From Geosiphon pyriformis uo1 (taxonomy: Eukaryota; Fungi; Glomeromycota), in contig JAAOMT010000752.1 of the NCBI GenBank assembly GCA_016748015.1, forward strand, positions 256,976 to 320,975: DNA of 64,000 bases. The letters run 5' to 3'. A program made the translations under genes and the position numbers. A model generated the notes under the pieces. The model saw nothing but the letters and a program-made list of their open reading frames with translations, was not told the DNA's origin and searched no databases. Positions 53,476-64,000 of this stretch are shown piece by piece; position 1 is the stretch's first letter, and each line of letters opens with the position of its first letter.

Positions 53476-54227
53476 ATGGGCTTACCTGTACTTCGTGACG
53501 TGAAACAAACTACCACCCAAAGGATTGGTCCTATGGTAAATGGCGGCTTTGCCATACTTCTCAATGCATAGAAAATAGAAATCTTCTTTTTGTAGAATAA
53601 AATATTTGCCAAATTTCAAAATTTATACGCTCGATAGACTCGTCCGGTTGCAAGAGTCAAACGTTATAGGCCAAATGGAATTTTTCGTGCTCGGGATTTA
53701 TTTGTTGCGCAGTTTCTTCGTCAACAATTAAGTCAAAATGGAACTATCAATATTCGTGAGCTGAAGGAATTGGCTTTAAGCATGTGGGGCAGTATGAATG
53801 CTGAAATGCAAGAGGTAAGAAATAATAATCTTTATTTTGTGAACCTATTTTAACTTAATTTCAAAAATTATTTCTACCTCTAACTGATATTCAAATAACT
53901 TTCCTAAACCAGCCATACGATCGTGCAGAACAAGAACAATTACGTCGTGTCTACTTAACACGAGATCCGTCTAGTTGTTGGATTTTTTGGGAGAGATGGG
54001 TTGGGAAAGACACGGAGCTTTTAATTACTGAGGATGATGAACTTGAACATAGGAGACGATTAGATCAGAAGCGGCAAGAAGAAAGGAAGAGGGTGCGACA
54101 CATGAAGGAAAATAGTGATAGTGAAGATAATAACGAGGAACATGAGAAGAAACATATGCTAAGACGACGGCGAAACGAAAGTAAGCCTGGAACTATTATC
54201 ATTATACCTTCGTTTGACGCCTATTAA
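53476..54227 (+). CDS. Small divergent HMG-box-like protein (~183 aa); not in the ORF track
   Basis: Exons 53476-53535, 53638-53814 and 53913-54227 (all phase 0) give ...RARDLFVAQFLRQQ...IRELKELALSMWGSMNAEMQEPYDRAEQEQLRR..., the HMG helix 2/3 signature W-x-x-M-x-x-E-x-x-x-P-Y, followed by a charged E/K/R tail. Confidence 0.65.
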
Positions 54228-55499
54228 AATCGTAATTTATAAATTAACCTTCTTTGGTTAAAAAAGCATCTCTTCGAGAGGAAAGATGTCACGTCCAATA
54301 ATTATATTTACCCAACCATAAAGGTTTTCGAATAAAATGAGCTCTTTATCAAATATTTTATTCATTGAAAACTTACCTTTTGAATTCTTATGCTCTTTTC
54401 TTGTCTAATCTATATAGATTATGGGATTCACCAGAATGAGCTTGATGATTAGGCATTCACAGTCTGAACCAAAGTGACCCCAATTGGGGCTAGTTGATGT
54501 GATTAGGCAAATTAAATTGTTTTTATCTCGAAAAATTTTGTAGAACTACAGTGAGTATATTTTTTATTGATGTATGAAGCTCTTATGACTTTAAAATAAT
54601 TTAGTGAGATAATCCGTTTTCAAAATTGTATTGCGGGTGAGGCTCAAAAAATAATTAGTCAGGCAAAAAAAAATATCATTACGAAAAATGTGTAAATAAT
54701 CTAACGGTCAATTTGCTCAGAGTTTAGGAGAATTCTGAGTGAATTTTTAAAATAAATCGTTTTACCACTAAGTTTGACTCAGATTATGAATAAGTTTAAT
54801 TTTTTTTGCTAAAATATTATTCGGTTTTATTGAAGCTAAAAAAAATTTCAATTTATTTCAAAATTGTAAATTCCTGTTTCGAAGAAAGCCAAATTTTTAC
54901 AACCCCGTCTATTGTTATGTTTTTTATGTTTCAGAAAACATGTGGATCTCAATTTTGCAAACTACAAATAGGTTTACAATTCAGCAAGAAATACTTTATT
55001 ATTTTTATCTAAAAACTGTTATAAAATTAATAATTAAGAATTTCATATGGCATGTGTTTCAAAAAATTACGTAATTTGACACACAAGTTGAAGTAAAAAA
55101 ATTTATATAGTGATCAAGAAATGAAATTTTTATATTAATATTATATATTTCTAAATATTGATTGTCTTAAAATTACAAATTCTAAATAAATATAAATATA
55201 ATTATTTTTTATAATTTTTTTAATAAAATATTGTAAAAACTTTTTCATAAATTATAATGCTATAATCTTAGAATTAACAATAATGTCAGAATTAAAAATA
55301 TAATTTCAAATAATTATTTAATCTATTTAATTATGTTTTTATAATATTTTATAATATTTGTAAAAAAAAAAGTTTTTATAATTTTTTTATTAAAATTTAT
55401 AAATGTTTATTTTAGATTTTAAATTATTTATAAATTTTAAATTCACAAAACAATATTTTTTTGATTATATTAAATTAAATTAAATTAAATCTTAGAATT

Positions 55500-58400
55500 A
55501 AAAAATAATTTTTTTCTCTTTGTTCCAAATTCTCAAAAAAAATCAACTTTTGAAAAAAGTTTTTTTCTGTTTTCTTGTTATATTTCTCATTATTTCTAAA
55601 GAAACAAACTTTTTTGTTGTTGAGTTGGCTATTGCTATAAGTGGTTTTGTATCTAAGAGAAGATCAACAAAAGTTCTGACATTAGATTCAGTTAGTGAAA
55701 GTTTGGCTTAGCAGTAAAAAATGTCTTTGGAAAACATTAAACATTCAGATAATGAAGTAAATATAAGGTTTAGAAAAACTAATTGGGTTGCAAGTTGTTT
55801 TGCTAAAATGAATACTAATAAAAAAGCTCTCTTAATGCTTTTTTCTGGTGCTGATGCCTGTTATGGAACTGGCAGTAAAGATAAAAATCAGTCAAAATCA
55901 AAGATAAATATTCTCAAGACCAAATAAGTTAATATTAATCTAATAATTGGTTTTTCAATTGGTTTTATTAATTATGGCATAGATAATAATAAAGTTTTTT
56001 TTTCTTCTTATCTCTCTATTTTTTTGAACAAAAAGTAAATTGACCCAAAAATTGTTAAAACTCAAGTTAAAATACTCATCAAAAAATTTTTTGCTTTGAA
56101 TATTGATTTATTAATTGTGAAAAACAAATTAACAACAGTAAAAACTCTGCCAATTAGAAAAATATTTTCATCTATTAATGATTTTGGAGAAACTATTACT
56201 TTTTTAAAATTTGAAAAAATCATTAAATCTATTTTTATATTAAAAAAAAGCATTAAAAAAGCTATATTATTGGCTAAGAAAAAGAACATTATTGTAAACA
56301 CCAATTTTAAAAAACAAAAATTCTGTTCAGATTGGGTTGTGGTTATCAAAAAAATTTTCATAGATATATTAAAAAAAATAATTGTCATTATAGTATCTAA
56401 GTTTGGTTAAATTATATTAATTTAGTTGTAGTTAATTGGATTGTAATAAAAAATTGTTATAAAGTTTACTAAATTAAGTTAAACTGATTAATTAGTATCT
56501 AAGTGGTTATTTTTAATCAAAAAAAATTCTGTAAATATGATTAAAGCAATAAATAATTGTAATACTTAGATGTTAAAAAATTGGTTTAAAGCACTTTTGT
56601 TTACTTTTTCTGTAAAAATAATTGTTTATAATCTTAATATATTATTAGAAAAAACTAATAGAAAAACTTGTATTATTAATTATTTATTTAAGGCTGACAA
56701 TAAAATTTATTGTGCTGTAATTGGCTTTAAGTCAAATAAAAATCTGAATTTGCTTTTCACATAGAATTAATTTTTGGAAATATAAAGCTCTCTTAAATTA
56801 AGTTAAATTTGATTAGATATGAAAAATGTGAATTTTTTGGATATTCTGTTCTAAAATGTAATGTTTCAAGCATATTAGCTTTTCTGTCTTCAAAAATTTA
56901 TAAAAAGTTTATATTAGATAAAAGTTGTTTCTGATTGGCCAAGTTGTATGCCAAAAAAAAAAAATTTATCTCATATTCTACTGTCTTTAATAAAATGTTT
57001 TGGGCTTAAGTAATTTTATTAACTTCTATTTCTAATAATATTTTTTTTGGTTTTGGCTTTGATTTTTCTTTTTTTAATATTCTATGTAATATTGAAATTT
57101 CTATTCTTTATAAGATGTTTTATCTATTGAAGCTTATTTGGCTTTTTTAGAATATTCATTAGAATTGTTAACTAACTAAATATTTAGTATTGTATATAGA
57201 TTAAGTAATATGGACTTAATGTCTTTGGTTTTTGTTTTTCAATCTTTTGTTTTAACTTTTTTAATGATTTTAGACCTAAGTTTAGATTTAAGTATGATTA
57301 TAAATAACTTTTAAGATTTGGTTTTTTTTGCTAATAACAACTAAGATTTTGAATTTAAGTTTAAGTATTTTAATGTTTTAATATCTAAGATAGATGATTT
57401 AAAATCGAAATTAATTGCTTTGAAAAGTTTTATTGATTCAATTTTGGCAAGATTAAATTAATTGTGTACTATTTTGAATTTTTTTGCAGTTTTTTCATCT
57501 CAATAATTAATTATATTTAGAAATTTGCAATATGTATATTAAAAAAATAAATAATATAGCTAAACAGAAAGATATTATTTAGTAATATAATAAATCTGAC
57601 AATTTGGTTTTTATAGTTACTAAAACAAAATTAAAAAAACAGATTAGGTCTTAGATTAAAAATAAGTTTCTGAGTTTAAAAATTTTTGTTTTTGGTTTAA
57701 ATTCTGATTATTTGGGTTTAGCAGTAACAATAATGCTAAATAATATTCTTAATTAATATATGTACAAAGTTTTTAAAGTTCCAAATTGTTGTTTTTTAAT
57801 TTGTCTATTTTTTAAGAATAAGCTTTTAACAACAATTTTGGATCTGTATACTGAAACTTTTGCTAATGTACAGTTAAATTAAGTCTTTAAAATAAACTTT
57901 TATAATATTAAGACAGTTAATTTAAGTTTTTATGTAGTATTAAGAAGTAATTTTAATAAAAACGCTATAAAACAAAATACAAATTTAAAAAAATGTTTTG
58001 ATTTAGATTTGTGCAATTTTCTATTAGGTGATTTAATTAATAAGTTTTTAACATAAAACAATTTAAAAAGTATAAATAAGACTATTAATTATATTTTTGC
58101 TAATAAATATTTTTTAACAGTTGTGATTATATAAAAAATTATTAGTGTTTCTAATTTTTTAATACTAATTATTTAACTGTTGTAGTTTTTTTGGCTTGAA
58201 TGGTTTTCTAAACAAACATTTAAATGCAATCTGAAAACATATTAATAAAAATTAATAGAAGTTTGGCTTTAAAAATACAGATAATTCAAAGTAGACTCAT
58301 TTTAAAAAATCTTATTTAAAAAATTATTTAAAATGTTTTATAAGTTTTAAGATGTAAAAGAACAAAACAATTTAGATACAATGTGAAATTTTTAAAAATA

Positions 58401-61400
58401 ATAGTAATTGAATTAATAAATCAAGTTTTCTTTAGGAATTGGCTTAAAAACTTTATTAATTTTAGAAATAAACAGTCTTTTAGATTTTACAGATTAGAAG
58501 TTTTGGTTTTTAAGATTGTTAAAGCTTTTTTTTAGAAAATACTGTCAATTTTAATTGTTTTATACAGATTTAGTTAAGATTAAATATTAATAAATCTCTT
58601 AAAGTATTTTTTCTGATCAAAAATAAAGTAAAAAATGAAAATTTTTTTCTTTATTTGTTAAATATTAAGTAGAGATATTAGTCTTCTAAGTACTAGAAAT
58701 TTGATATTGTAAAAACTATTGTAATTAGAAATATAATTGATAAAAAGATAGAAAATTTTTGTACAAATAAAGCTTATATAATTAAAAGTATTCTAAAAAA
58801 GTTTTTTTAAAAAATAATTTTAAATTATTTAATAATTAATGAAAATTTGATTTTAGAACCTGAAATAATAAAAAACAAAATAGATAAAATAATAGAAAAT
58901 AGGACTAAAAAATGGCTGGTTCTTAATTTAATATTAGATTTTTGGTATTATTAATATACTATTAAATTATAAGTTATTTTTTGGTTTTTCTAAATTATTG
59001 CTTAAACATTAGTATAATTTCTGCTTTGTAAAAAAAAACTTGAGTTTTAATGATTCCAAAGTCTTATAAATAGAATGATGTATTGACAAATCCTAGATTA
59101 ATAGTATTATTAAAAACAACTAGAAAGATTTTGGCAAAAATTTTTTTAGACCAGATTTTTTTTGTATGCAACAAATTTGGTGTTTTTTATAAAGATAATT
59201 TTTTAGTATTTAAAAATACATTAATTTGGTCTCTAGTATTTATGGTTGGCTTAATTGTTAAAAACACTTTGAAAAAAAATAGAGAATTGTAATTGGTTTT
59301 ACAAAACATATATAAAGCATATAACTTAGTTGATTAGTCTTATTTAAAAAACAGTTTCAAGTATGTTAAGATATGTAAACAATTTATTAGTTTCTTTGAC
59401 AGCATATATTAAAACAAAATCAACAAGATTATAACTGATTTTAGGTTTTTAAAAAGTTATTATATACATAATAAATTGGATTAGAATGAAGTTTTTTTTT
59501 TTTTGGAGAATCTTCTATGATTCCCTTTTATATAAAATTAAAAAACAGAAGCATTTGTATAGTTACCAAGTTAATATAAAATTTGTAACTAAAACTGGCA
59601 GAATAGAAAACACTAAGAAAAAAACTTTATTTTTTATAGTTAAAATTTTTATTGATAACACTATTTAAATAAAAAACAGTCAAGCTTGATTCAATATATT
59701 TTGAATATTGTCAATAAGTGTTTTAAGATCAATAATATTTTAATTAATAATGATAGAAAAGTAGTTATTTTCATTAACCAGAAAATGAAAAATACTTTGT
59801 TAAGTATTAATAAAAGTCTTATTTTAATTATAAAGAAAAACAAATTACACTGTTACTTAAAAATTTTTTTTTCTATCAAAAATTTTTTTAAGCTTAATTT
59901 AGTCAGAATTTATTTAAATATTAAGTTTTTTGCAAATATAGATTTAAAGAAAACAATTTTAGATAACTAGTTTTATTACTTGGTTTTTGCTGTTTTGCAG
60001 TTCATAATTAGTTATTATATACAATTTAATTTTGTTTTAATTAATATTTGTTGTAAGTAAAATATTATAATTAAAAAATATTTAATATTACAAACTGAAT
60101 TGCTTAGAGATTTTCTAATAAGATTTTATATTATTTACTATTGTACAATTTGAAATTTTTTAAATATTTGCAAACTAAAAATAAAGCAGTTTTAGTTATT
60201 ATATATGCAAATTCTAAAGATGTTTTCAGCCATTTTTTTAATTATCATTTTTTGAATTTACAGACTTTGGACTAGGCTCTGGTTAATTTTTTGTAGTATT
60301 TTGTTAAATTAAAAGTCAATACTATAAGCAATTTTCTTGTCAAAATAAAAAAAATGTTTTTAAATAATAAATTTTTGTTAATAAACAATTTATTATAAAT
60401 TTTTTACAGTTTAAACAAGTTTCTAATGTCTAATATCTTGAGAAAAATAGTTTACTATAAAATAGTAAGTTTTTTAAGACATTATACTATTGTTTTTGGT
60501 AGACTTTTGAATAAATATTGTATATTGATAACTTGAAAAACATTTTATCATTAAAAAAAGCTAAATTTGAAGAGTTCTGTTTTGTCTTGGTTTATTACAG
60601 CATCTAGTTTTTCGGATAAGTTGAAATCTGTTATTAGAAATAAAACAGCTGTTTTTTATTTGGTATCTTATATTATCTTAGATTTGGATAATTTTAAGTT
60701 AATAAAAAATTTTTGCATAGATATTAAATTAATGCTTTTAATATATATATTAATAGTTTGCTAAAAAATTTAGGCTTATTAAAGTTAGTAAGAGGAATAG
60801 CTATATACTTTTCTAATATAAATATAGATATTAGTGTTGGAGTTTTTAAAATAATGTTTTCTATTATAATTAAGCTACAAGCTATTGCTTTGGTTTTAGA
60901 ATGTGTGTCTTCTTTTTGTATTATAGTTTTGTATTTAAACAGTTAAGCAGCTATTAATATATGCTCTTTAAAACTTAGTTTATCTAAATTAGAATTTTTC
61001 AACTAGTATTAAATAAAAAAATATTATATTGCTAATTTAATAAGAAACAAAAATATAAAAATAGTTTGGTCAAAGGTTAAAAATTATTTGGGTGTTTTTG
61101 GTAATAATTATGCTAATAAGTTGGTTAAAGCTGTTATTTATTTTTTTATGTTTTTTTCTGTTAGAATTTTGGAAATATACTTGGTGGTTAATAAATTAAT
61201 CATATTTGATAATACATATTATTTTGTTTGGGATATTTATAAAACAAGTTCTAATGTTACAGTTTTTTTATTTGTGAAATTAATTGAATTTAAACAGTCT
61301 TAGTTTAACATTTTAATTTTCATATATTAATTAGTTTTATTAGCGAAATTATAGCTAATCTTAAAACTTATATAATAAAGACTATTTATAAAAGACTTTT

Positions 61401-61990
61401 AGTTGTTGTTTATAAGAAGCTATATAACAAATTGTATTTAGGTGTTTTGTTTTTATTTTGTAAGAAAATAGAATTTTTTGATTATTTGTTTATATGTTTA
61501 GAAAATACAGATTGACAAAAAAAATTGATTATAAGTCATGTTAAATTTTGGTTGTTTTTAATTGATAAAAAAGTGTCTATATTATTTTTTGTATTATAGT
61601 TTTTTTTTGTCTTTTTAATATTGGGTTTTATATAGTGTTTTACAAAAGTTTTGTTTTAAAAAATTGGCTTAAAAATGCTTTAACAATATATAATAATAAT
61701 AAAAATACATTATATATATTAATAAATTTTTTTTACTACTTGGTTAATCATTACTACTATTAGATATAATTTAATAGGATCAAATTCAAATTAGAGACAA
61801 AAAAAGCTAAATTAGTAAGTAATAATAATATAATACTAATAATAATTAGTAGACTGTATTTGAATTTGTTAAATAGAGTAATTTGCATGTTTAGTATTAT
61901 TGAATTAATAACAGTTAGTTTTAATAAGTATATGTTTTGTGTATTTTTTTCTGGTATTAATAATGATTTAGTTATGTAAATAAATATTTA
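55500..61990 (+). mobile_element. Degenerate near full-length non-LTR retrotransposon (LINE): ORF1, APE endonuclease, reverse transcriptase, RNase H
   Basis: Decayed motifs in order: ORF1-like 55.6-57.4 kb; APE 57.5-58.3 kb (*KFAIC, IVTKTKL for xxTETK, LGDL for GDFN); RT 59.08-59.75 kb (LTNPRLIVLLKTTRKILAKI, REL*LVLQNIYKAYNLVD*, WRIFYDSLL, FIDNTI* for F/YxDD); RNase H 60.74-61.13 kb (IYINSL for VYTDGS, IKLQAIALVLE for AELxAI, YLNS*AA for SDSQ, VKVKNYLGVFGNNYANKL for VKGH..GNExAD). Many stops; boundaries approximate. Confidence 0.8.
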
Positions 61991-64000
61991 TTGTTTAAAT
62001 TAGTCCAAATAACTGATTACATATAGCAAATCTGTAAATTGCATTTAGTAAAAATAATTTTGTTTAATTCTGTGTACTAGATAGCAACTGGATTATATTT
62101 ATTAAACATAATAAAAACTAATAATAAATAAGTATATATTTTTAATTTAATTTTATTATTTTATAAATATAACCAAAACAAAAAGTAAAAAAACCAGCTT
62201 TTGTTTTCTAGCAATAATACTATCTAAAAAATCTTTTTTAACTATAAAACAACTAAATAATATTTTGTTAAAATATTATTTTTATATAATAAAAACAAAC
62301 TAGTTTTTAGTTGTTAAAAAAACATATTTTTTGTTTTTGGTTAAAAGTTTTTTTCTTTCAAAGTTTTTTTAAAATAACACATTAAAAAAAATTTTGTATT
62401 GTATTATTTTTGTTAAAAGTCTAAAAATTTGAACCAAAAATTAGTATCTAAATTATTATTCTGTTATTTTTTTTTATTTACTGTTCTTAAATAATAATAA
62501 AAACTAAGACAGCAAAAAAGCAACTTTTTTTAGTGCTTTATTAATTATAACAATATATTATTGTGTATTTTAAGTCTTTTAAAACTCATAATACTACTTT
62601 TTTTCGCTGGTTAGTTTTGGTAAAAAAAGATATTATTAAAAATTTTCTTTTATTAATTAAAAAAAATTATTGTTTTTATAATATATTTATAATATAAATT
62701 GATTAATCTTTTTTTTAATTATACTGTTTTTAAAATTAATAATATAATTGTCGAAATATATAGTTAAACTTGTTTTACCTTTTGGTTTTTTAATTTTAAT
62801 TATTAGTTAAGATATATTATAATTATTTTTGATTTTAAAAAAGTCTTTATAATTTTGTTATTAAAACTAATATTTTGTAAAATTATTATATCTGATAATA
62901 TTAATACTGCAAAAATACTAGTTTTATTTTCTATGTTTTTATTGTTAAAAAACTTATTTCAATTTTTTTGCAACTAAGCTTCTTTTTTATAATTAGTAAA
63001 AAAATTAGAATTACTAAAACACTAATAAATAAAACAACGAATTTAATTAGTTAAAATAATTTAAGTATTTGCAATTTCAAAAAATGATTTTTATATTAAT
63101 AACAGTATTAAAAAACATGACAAAATAAAAAACCAAAAGAATAAAAAACAACAGAAAACCACAGTCTTAATATAAGATATTAAGCTTTTAAACCAATATC
63201 TCAAAACTTATAAACAACAAATAGCTTAAAAAAGATTTTTGGCAAACCAAAAAAAATAATTTTATAATTAAAAAGCAGCTAATTTAAATTATATTTAGTT
63301 AACTAATAATTTTATAAAATTTTTAAATTTTAAATTGTAATTAAATAAGTTTATTAAAGATTTAATTATTTAAATTGTGGTATTAAAAAGATAAAACACA
63401 GAGTTTGTTTTTTTGTCAATTAATTATTAATTTTTTTATATTTTTAAAGTTAGATTAACTTATGAATTAGTTATATTATTATGGTTGAATCTTTTAATTT
63501 TAATTATATTAATTAATTATTTATATTTATTTATATGTATTAACTATTAATATTAATTATATTAGCCAATTTGTTTTTAGAATTAGTTTTTAATATGATT
63601 ATTAACTTAATTAAAGACTTAATTAATAACTTAGTTATTATATAAATTATTAATTTAATCAAAATTTAAATTATTAATGTAATTACTGATTTAATTATTG
63701 ATTTTTTTAAATTATTTATACTTAAATCAATTTATTTAGACCAAATTAATATAATAATATCAATTTCTTGATTTTTTTTATTTTTTTTTATTTGTATATT
63801 TTAGTTTTTATAAAAATATATTGAATAAATATTTAACAATAATTTAAATAAACTTTTAAAAAAACTTTTAAAAATATTAAAATTTTTAATAAAAAAATTA
63901 TTTAAATAATAGTAAAATTATTAATAATAAACAATTTAAATTTTTATAATTTAATTTAATTAATTATATTATAAATTTTTAAATAACTTATTAAGTTATT

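Noticed and set aside
53149-53555. Possible antisense spliced ORF (MAKPPFTIGPILWVVV...|gtaag) and ORF 53149-53334 on the minus strand
   Set aside because: Splicing at the obvious sites reaches a stop within ~14 codons and no domain is recognisable; it overlaps the better supported + strand HMG gene.
55520-61303. Short K/I/F/N-rich ORFs between 55.5 and 61.3 kb as independent genes
   Set aside because: They are stop-delimited fragments of the mutated LINE ORF1/ORF2 or their antisense.
62100-63300. Possible second retroelement relic after the LINE
   Set aside because: The texture is similar but no motif could be recognised with confidence.

Overview
AT-rich, intron-rich eukaryotic (fungal) genomic DNA with short GT-AG introns. 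The gene families present (TKL-type kinases with HxDLHSGN/GVIPY, an intronless MATA-type HMG-box gene, several lipase-3 paralogues, a LaeA-like methyltransferase, a LINE with RNase H) point to a Glomeromycotina/Mucoromycota fungus; this is an inference. By hand-splicing I can support 12 protein genes: an ArsB/NhaD-type transporter (2.2-4.6 kb); three lipase-class-3-fold proteins that all lack the catalytic serine (4.9, 41.2 and 48.1 kb); two kinase paralogues forming an inverted duplication (9.35-17.1 kb, the + copy frameshifted); an HMG-box factor (22.6 kb); an intronless 1.1k-aa protein with a vertnin/OTU-like pseudo-protease domain (30.6 kb); a SAM methyltransferase with a myristoylation motif (34.9-36.1 kb, minus); a 10-exon two-TM protein that resembles PAC/TMEM206-ASIC-type channels (44.5-46.6 kb); and two small genes missed by the ORF track, a stand-alone TFIIS central-domain protein (51.2-52.0 kb, minus) and a divergent HMG-box protein (53.5-54.2 kb). 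About 55.5-62 kb is a near full-length LINE relic degraded by pervasive G>A/C>T changes. Very AT-rich blocks separate the gene islands. There is one scaffold gap flanked by an artefactual duplicate. No rRNA, tRNA or CRISPR array was seen. All family calls come from motif recognition by eye, not database searches.
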